From positions 1 through 64,000 of the forward strand of contig CAXXWX010000006.1 in the NCBI GenBank assembly GCA_963675745.2: a stretch of 64,000 nucleotides of DNA, read 5' to 3'. A program made the translations under genes and the position numbers. Shown piece after piece: positions 58,112 to 64,000 of this stretch; positions within the stretch are counted from its first letter, which is position 1, and every line of letters starts with the position of its first letter. This DNA comes from Phycisphaerae bacterium. GTDB lineage: Bacteria > Planctomycetota > Phycisphaerae > UBA1845 > Fen-1342. The notes below the pieces were generated by a model that was given only the letters and a program-made list of their open reading frames with translations, was not told the DNA's origin and made no database searches.

Positions 58112-58651
58112 CTAGACGAGATCCTCGTCTTCGTCATCTTCTGCGTCGAGCAGATCTTCGACGGCCGACAACGGGTCCGAAAGGTCCAGCTCGTCGTCGG
58201 AGATTTCAAACAGATCATCCTCGGTGAGCGTCACCTCATCGTCAGCATCGTCATCGTCGTCATCGTTGCTGGCATCTTTGGCGGCTACGGTCGTCGGTGA
58301 TTCGGCGGCGTCAAGATCGACCAGATCCATGCGCGTATCTTCGGGTGTGATCTCCGCCGGCTCGCCGTCGATCTGCACCACGAACAGGGCCGGGCCGACC
58401 TTCAGGCAGTCGCCGGCGTGCAGTTCGGCTTCGGTAATCAGCTCCCCATTGATCTGAGTGCCGTTGGCGCTGCCCAGGTCCTTGACCGACAGGCTGTTCT
58501 CTCCGACCGTGATCGCACAATGCTGACGCGACACATCCGCCGTCTGCACGCGCAAACCACAATCCTGCCGGCGTCCGACGATCGTCTCGCCCGGCTGGAG
58601 GTTGAACTCGCGTCGCTGTTTTCCCTTAAAAATGACCAGCACGGCGTCCAT
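58112..58651 (-). CDS. FHA-domain protein with acidic tail
   Basis: VGR, VSRQH, DLGSANGT; D/E-rich C-terminus. Confidence 0.9.
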   Translation of the reverse strand: MDAVLVIFKGKQRREFNLQPGETIVGRRQDCGLRVQTADVSRQHCAITVGENSLSVKDLGSANGTQINGELITEAELHAGDCLKVGPALFVVQIDGEPAEITPEDTRMDLVDLDAAESPTTVAAKDASNDDDDDDADDEVTLTEDDLFEISDDELDLSDPLSAVEDLLDAEDDEDEDLV

Positions 58652-58787
58652 GACAGTCGTCCTTCATAGTCCGGCGACCCGGCAACCACCTCGCCCCGAC
58701 AATCCCACGTCGCTGACCATGCACTACAATACGCGTGGTCAACGATTCCGCTCCTCCGAATGCTACGCGAAACCGGTTGTAACGACA

Positions 58788-59924
58788 ATGCCGCAGGCGA
58801 TTACAGCCCTCTACGTACACGTCCCCTACTGCCGCAGGCTGTGCGGATATTGTGACTTCTATTCCGAGATGCTCAAGCGCGACGAGGTGCCCGAACTGCT
58901 GGCCGCAATGCAACGGGAACTCGGGGCGTACCGCGAACGCACCAACCTGCGGCCGGACACCATCTTCATCGGCGGCGGTACACCCACCGTGCTGCCCGCC
59001 GCGGCGCTCGACCGGCTGCTCCGAATCTGCCGGGTCGACTCCGCAGCCGACGCGGACATCGAGTTTACCGTCGAGGCCAACCCGGCCACGGTCTCGGACG
59101 AGATTGCCGCCGTGCTCAGCGGCGCCGGCGTCAACCGCGTATCGATCGGGGCACAGTCCTTTGCCGCGAATGAGCTGGCCACGCTCGACCGCGATCATGC
59201 TCCCGCGCGGGTCGCCGAGACTATCGCCACCTGCCGGGCGCACGGTATTCGCCGATTCAGCCTGGATCTGATCTTCGGGATTCCCGGGCAGACGCTGGCG
59301 AGTTGGCGGACCAGCCTGCGCACGGCTTTGACGCTCGATCCCGAGCACCTGTCATGTTACGGGCTCACATATGAACCTGGCACACGGCTGACGGAGCTGG
59401 TGCGCCGCGGCGCCGTCCGCCCAGTCGAGGCCGATCTGGGGGCGGACATGTACGAGGCGGCAATCGACGACCTCGCGGCCGCCGGCTTCACCCAATACGA
59501 GATCAGCAACTTCGCGCTGCCGGGGGCCGAGTGTCGTCACAATCTGCGGTATTGGCAGAACGAGCCATATGTAGGTATCGGGCCCGCCGCGGCCGGTTAT
59601 GTGGATGGGCTGCGGTACAAGAACGTGTCCGACACTGCTGCTTACGTACGCGCGCTCGGGGCCGGCGCGTCGCCACACGAAACGGCCGAGCGCCTTGATA
59701 CGCCGAAGCAAATGGGGGAGACGGCGATGTTGGGGCTGCGGCTGTGTGCGGGCGTGGATCGCGCCCGCTTCCGGGAGCGTTTTGCCCGCGACCCGGCGGA
59801 CGTCTTCTCAGACGCAATCTCGAAACACACCGACGCAGGGCTCCTCGAGATCGATGAGCAGGCCATTCGGCTCACCCGCCGGGGGATCCTGTTAGCCAAC
59901 CGCGTGATGATGGACTTCGTGTAG
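58788..59924 (+). CDS. hemW: Radical SAM heme chaperone HemW
   Basis: LYVHVPYCRRLCGYCDF, GGGTP, EANP, YEISNF, HNLRYW. Confidence 0.92.
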   Translation: MPQAITALYVHVPYCRRLCGYCDFYSEMLKRDEVPELLAAMQRELGAYRERTNLRPDTIFIGGGTPTVLPAAALDRLLRICRVDSAADADIEFTVEANPATVSDEIAAVLSGAGVNRVSIGAQSFAANELATLDRDHAPARVAETIATCRAHGIRRFSLDLIFGIPGQTLASWRTSLRTALTLDPEHLSCYGLTYEPGTRLTELVRRGAVRPVEADLGADMYEAAIDDLAAAGFTQYEISNFALPGAECRHNLRYWQNEPYVGIGPAAAGYVDGLRYKNVSDTAAYVRALGAGASPHETAERLDTPKQMGETAMLGLRLCAGVDRARFRERFARDPADVFSDAISKHTDAGLLEIDEQAIRLTRRGILLANRVMMDFV

Positions 59925-59987
59925 CAGGCGCGGGCCGCCACTGGGTGTTATGCGCTGGATTGACATGGCGTTGGCGTAATGCGCCGA

Positions 59988-61550
59988 TCAGGCGGCGACG
60001 CTGGTGGAGGGCTGATCGAGTGGAACGGGGCTCTCCGCTGCAATGCGGGGCTTCGCCGGCATGGCCGTCGGCCGGGAACCCCAGCCAAGCGAGATCAGAC
60101 CAATGGCGTACGCCAGCAGGAAAATCCCACCCACATAGTGATCAGCCACCAGGAAGAGACCCCATTGGGCGAGACATGCCACGCCGAGACTGATCTCAAT
60201 CAGCCACAATCGCGAGCGAATCGCGTTGTACGCGTGTTTGCGGCGCACGCGACCGGCACTGCCCGACTTGGGCGTCCGGATAAACTCGCCACCTTTTTGC
60301 CACAGGCCGACCAGGACGGCGTGAGCATTATTGACGGATAGTCCCAGGCCGAGCACGATCAGCTTTGGAATCTGGAGCAGGCCGCTCAGCCCGCCGCCGA
60401 CGCGCCAGCGTGCGTATACATATGAAGCCGACGGGGCCGCGATGACGATCGGCAGAATGGCCCAGAACGCACCCATCCACGCCTGCTGCACATCTGTGGG
60501 GATTTGCGTGAGGATGACACGCCCGCCGGCGGCCATCAACACCATGAAAATCGCGATTGAATATTGGGTCATGTGAAGGGTGGCTTCGATTTTCTGAAGC
60601 AGGCTCAGGCGCGAGCGCCACACAACCGGCAACAGCTTGACGGCGCATTGAATTGACCCGGTGGCCCAGCGACGCTGTTGGGTCTTCATGGCGTCGATGC
60701 TGGCGGGGATCTCCGCCGGGCACAACTCATCGTTGTGGTAGAGGATGTGCCAGCCCGCCATCTGGGCGCGGTATGACAAATCCAGATCTTCGGTAATCGT
60801 GTCGCCGGACCATCCACCAACCGCCGGATCTTCGATTGCCGCCTTGCGCCAGATGCCGCCGGTGCCGTTGAAGTTCAGGCAGAAGCCGAACGACGAGCGC
60901 GCGGTCTGTTCGAGGGCAAAATGGCCGTCCATGGCGAGCGCGAGCGACTGCGTCACCCAGGATTCACGCTGGTTCAGGTGCCCCCAACGGCCTTGAACGC
61001 AGCAGGCCATCGGGTCGGAGGCCAGCAACGGCACCATCCGCTTCAGGAAACCCGGGTCGGGGACGAAGTCGGCATCGAATACCGCGATCAACTCGCCGCG
61101 GGCCGTCTGCATCCCGTGCGCCAGCGCGCCGGCCTTGAAATCCGCGCGTGACGGCCGCCGCACGGCTTTGACGTCGTAGCCGGCGGCACGCAGCTCGGCG
61201 CAGACCTCATCCACGATCGCGCACGTACCATCGGTACTGTCATCCAAAACCTGAATCTCGTGGCGGCCTTTGGGGTATTCCATGCGCGCCGTGGCCTCGA
61301 TCACCCGCCGCGCGACTGCCAGCTCGTTATACAAAGGTAGCTGAGTGGTGACGATCGGCCAGTGCTCGTCCGGGGTCTGGCTCTGGTAGCGCGCGATGAC
61401 CTCGGTGTTCGTCCGGCTGGCTCGGCGTCCGCGCAGGTGCGCCAAAACCGCCAGCAATGCCAGATGCAGGCCATAGAGGCCGGGCACTACCATCAGAACC
61501 AGGAAAACGATTACGTATAGCGTGACCAGCAGGAGACTGTTCCTCGCCAA
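59988..61550 (-). CDS. Processive glycosyltransferase family 2 (cellulose-synthase-like)
   Basis: QLPLYNE, LDDS, KAGAL, FDAD, TED, QQRRW; several TMs. Confidence 0.92.
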   Translation of the reverse strand: MARNSLLLVTLYVIVFLVLMVVPGLYGLHLALLAVLAHLRGRRASRTNTEVIARYQSQTPDEHWPIVTTQLPLYNELAVARRVIEATARMEYPKGRHEIQVLDDSTDGTCAIVDEVCAELRAAGYDVKAVRRPSRADFKAGALAHGMQTARGELIAVFDADFVPDPGFLKRMVPLLASDPMACCVQGRWGHLNQRESWVTQSLALAMDGHFALEQTARSSFGFCLNFNGTGGIWRKAAIEDPAVGGWSGDTITEDLDLSYRAQMAGWHILYHNDELCPAEIPASIDAMKTQQRRWATGSIQCAVKLLPVVWRSRLSLLQKIEATLHMTQYSIAIFMVLMAAGGRVILTQIPTDVQQAWMGAFWAILPIVIAAPSASYVYARWRVGGGLSGLLQIPKLIVLGLGLSVNNAHAVLVGLWQKGGEFIRTPKSGSAGRVRRKHAYNAIRSRLWLIEISLGVACLAQWGLFLVADHYVGGIFLLAYAIGLISLGWGSRPTAMPAKPRIAAESPVPLDQPSTSVAA

Positions 61551-61803
61551 ACAGATTCAGACCGCGCCTAGGTTGTTGCCGCCCATTCCGTGAATCTGAC
61601 TCTAGTTACGAGACCCCGGGGTGTCAACCGCGCGCAGCGCCACCGCCTGCTGCTGGCGACCGTGCAACAGCGAGCTCGGGGCAGGCGGCTGGCCCGCAAG
61701 TCGGTTGAGGGCGGACCGCCCGGAACACGCAGCTTCGCTCATCAATGCTCGGCGGTTATACTCGGTCGCGCACCCAGTGAACCGGCGTGTCGAGGCCCGT
61801 GGA

Positions 61804-62250
61804 ATGCCCGAACTTGACCCTGTAACAACCTACCTGGTTCTCGGTTCGATTGCGGTGATTGTCTTCGTGGTGGCGTCGGTCGTCTGGCGGCGTGTGCAAT
61901 CCGCCGCGGCCCGGGCCCGCCACCAGGCCGAGCTTCGCCGGCGTCAGGCAACGCAGGAGCGGGAGTTGGAAGCGCAGCACCAGCTCGCGGATCAGATTCT
62001 CGCCACGAGCTCAACCGCCGAGATCGTCGGCTTCAGCGTGGTCCGCCAAATCGAGGCTGTTTTTACCGATGGTCACAAGACGCCGGCGGCGGCAATTGAC
62101 ACGCTAAAGGCCCTTGCCGCTCGCAAGGGTGCCAATGCGCTGCTGAACCTGGTCGGCGAGCGTCAGCCGGGCGGCGCATGCACGGCACACGCCGACGCCG
62201 TCATCGTCAAAACGCTGGATGCCCCCGACCCGCCCGGCCGGCGGCGTTGA
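61804..62250 (+). CDS. Membrane-anchored protein with YbjQ-like C-terminal domain
   Basis: TM, coiled coil, LKALAARKGANALLNL...ADAV. Confidence 0.65.
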   Translation: MPELDPVTTYLVLGSIAVIVFVVASVVWRRVQSAAARARHQAELRRRQATQERELEAQHQLADQILATSSTAEIVGFSVVRQIEAVFTDGHKTPAAAIDTLKALAARKGANALLNLVGERQPGGACTAHADAVIVKTLDAPDPPGRRR

Positions 62251-62336
62251 CAATCGAGGGGCGGCCCCTAGAGTCTGGCGTGGGCGACGGTGCCAGGAGC
62301 TTGTGGCTCGGCCGGGCCGCCACAGCGAGGTTATCC

Positions 62337-63590
62337 GTGCAACTGCCACGCCAATTGGCCGGGTTCGCGCGCCCGTCGGGGGTAATCAAGGGCGATTACG
62401 AAGATTTCGTCGTCGACGAGGTGCCGCTCTATAACCCCCAGGGTTCGGGCACGCACACGTATTTCCTGATGCAGAAGGCGGGCCTCAGCACCGCTCAGGC
62501 GGTAAACGACATCGCCATCGCGCTAAACGTGCGCCGGCGTGATATCGGTTTTGCCGGACTGAAAGACGCGCGGGCGGTGACGCGCCAGTGGCTGTCGATT
62601 GAGCACGTGGATCCCGAGCGCGTCCGCTCACTCGTGATTCCCCGGATCGATATCCTCGAAGTAAGCCAGCACCGCAATAAGCTGCGTATCGGCCACCTGG
62701 CGGGGAATCGCTTCCAGATCCGCGTGCGCCAGACCGCGGTGGAGCGTATCGCCGAATTGCAGGACCAGCTCGCCGAGTTGGCCCGTCTGGGTGTGCCAAA
62801 CTCCTTTGGCGAGCAGCGGTTCGGTACGCGCGGCGACACCTGGAAGATCGGCCGCGCGATTATCAAGCGCCGGCCAGACGAAGCGGTGGACCTGACGCTC
62901 GGTCGGCCGGCGGCCACCGATCACGGCAGCGTGCGCCGGGCGCGCGAGCTCTATGAGTCGGGTCACTATGGGGAGGCCATCCGCCACTGGCCCAGCATGT
63001 TCCGCGAGCAGCGGCAGGCGCTGCGGGCATTGGTCAGATCGCATGGCAAGAAACAGCGCGCCTTGCACGCGATCGACAAGCGCACGCGACAGTTCTACGT
63101 TTCGGCGTATCAGTCATACCTGTTCAACCGCGTGGTTGCCGAACGCATCGCCGGCGGCCTGGGGCGGCTGATGGACGGGGATCTGGCGTGGATTCATCAC
63201 AACGGCGCCGTCTTTCGGGTACATGCTGCCAACGACGAGCAGGCCCGTGCCGACGCCTGGGAGATCAGCCCGTCCGGCCCGTTGTTCGGCCCGCGCATGA
63301 CGCAGGCCGAAGGCGCGGTGGGAGAGCTCGAAGCACGAATCCTCGCCGGAGAAGGCCTGGCAAGCGACGCGTTTGGGGCTGTCAAGCTGAACGTCAAGGG
63401 GGGACGCCGACCATTGCGCTTCCGTTTGTCGGACGCGAAAATCGGGCTTGGCGCTGATCACGCCGGAGCCTATCTTGAGCTGTGCTTCACCCTCCCGCGC
63501 GGCTGCTATGCCACGAATGTCCTGTGGGAATTGTTTGATGTACGTGCGGGCGGCCCCACGAAGCCGGAACGCGAGGAACCGGAGGCATAA
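62337..63590 (+). CDS. truD: tRNA pseudouridine(13) synthase
   Basis: EDFVVDE, FAGLKDARAVTRQW, GHLAGNRF, GEQRFG, SAYQSYLFN, LPRGCYAT. GTG start is inferred. Confidence 0.93.
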   Translation: MQLPRQLAGFARPSGVIKGDYEDFVVDEVPLYNPQGSGTHTYFLMQKAGLSTAQAVNDIAIALNVRRRDIGFAGLKDARAVTRQWLSIEHVDPERVRSLVIPRIDILEVSQHRNKLRIGHLAGNRFQIRVRQTAVERIAELQDQLAELARLGVPNSFGEQRFGTRGDTWKIGRAIIKRRPDEAVDLTLGRPAATDHGSVRRARELYESGHYGEAIRHWPSMFREQRQALRALVRSHGKKQRALHAIDKRTRQFYVSAYQSYLFNRVVAERIAGGLGRLMDGDLAWIHHNGAVFRVHAANDEQARADAWEISPSGPLFGPRMTQAEGAVGELEARILAGEGLASDAFGAVKLNVKGGRRPLRFRLSDAKIGLGADHAGAYLELCFTLPRGCYATNVLWELFDVRAGGPTKPEREEPEA

Positions 63591-63654
63591 GCGGGCCATT
63601 CCCGACGACCGCGGTGTGTCGCGGCGCACATGACCACCTTCACCGGGCAACACC

Positions 63655-64000
63655 ATGGCACCGGCCGATCAGTTTCCCTGGGATGCGCTGCTGCAGAAGC
63701 TCCGCGCGCAATTCCCCGAGCTCTACCGCGCCTGGTTTGATGAGCTGCCCCCCGGCGTGCTCGAGCGCGGGGAGTTGCACATCAATGTCGGTGACGCGGC
63801 CAAGGCGCAGTTTCTGCGCGAGCAGTGCGGTCGGGCGTTCATCAGCGCGGCGATGAGCCTGACCGGGTATATGTTGACAGTGCGGTTTCTGCCGGATGAC
63901 AACAGCGTGGACCTGGCGGTCGCGCATGATGAGCCGGCTATCGCGCCGACCACGCTGAGCCCGGACTATACATTCGATCAATTCGTGGTCGGCCCGTCGA
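63655..64000 (+). CDS. dnaA: Chromosomal replication initiator DnaA, 5' part (runs off the window)
   Basis: Hand translation: MAPADQFPWDALLQKL...LYRAWFDEL (domain I) ...LSPDYTFDQFVVGPS (start of domain III). Confidence 0.88.
   Translation, partial: MAPADQFPWDALLQKLRAQFPELYRAWFDELPPGVLERGELHINVGDAAKAQFLREQCGRAFISAAMSLTGYMLTVRFLPDDNSVDLAVAHDEPAIAPTTLSPDYTFDQFVVGPS

Noticed and set aside
58240..58270. TCGTCA-type short tandem repeat
   Set aside because: It is explained by poly-Asp codons in the FHA protein tail.
1..64000. CRISPR array, rRNA/tRNA, IS or integrase, prophage, anti-phage defence genes
   Set aside because: None recognised by eye; a short RNA gene could still have been missed without a covariance search.

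Overview
GC-rich bacterial chromosome segment, inferred to be Planctomycetota (probably Phycisphaerae) from the bifunctional AroD-AroE, DUF1573, TMEM143/DUF3754 and GPTATEY-type Flp pilin. Housekeeping genes include coaD, thpR, a PfkB kinase, moeB/thiF-like, aroDE, aroA, cstA, ogt, hemW, truD and the 5' part of dnaA. The central ~32 kb holds two type IV filament systems nearly back to back. The first is a Tad/Flp locus (19784-30822), whose 58-aa Flp pilin is missing from the ORF track. The second is a PilB/PilC/PilMNOP/secretin system (36067-51496) bracketed by two paralogous pilins. Its operon opens with a tightly packed signalling cassette: PAS histidine kinase, stand-alone receiver, HD-GYP, degenerate GGDEF with intact RxxD I-site, STAS, then an MshEN-type ATPase. 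This dedicated c-di-GMP/partner-switch filament module is the best candidate for an undescribed system. A second strong candidate is an IorB-acyl-CoA synthetase (ADP-forming) fusion next to iorA. Other observations: tandem 339-aa secreted helical paralogs, three families of REP-like palindromes with compensatory changes (one nested, 211 bp), a candidate structured ncRNA, and three probable +1 errors in 4-nt G/C runs (two split genes, one false fusion). No rRNA, tRNA, CRISPR, transposase or prophage was recognised. All calls come from reading motifs; no searches were run.
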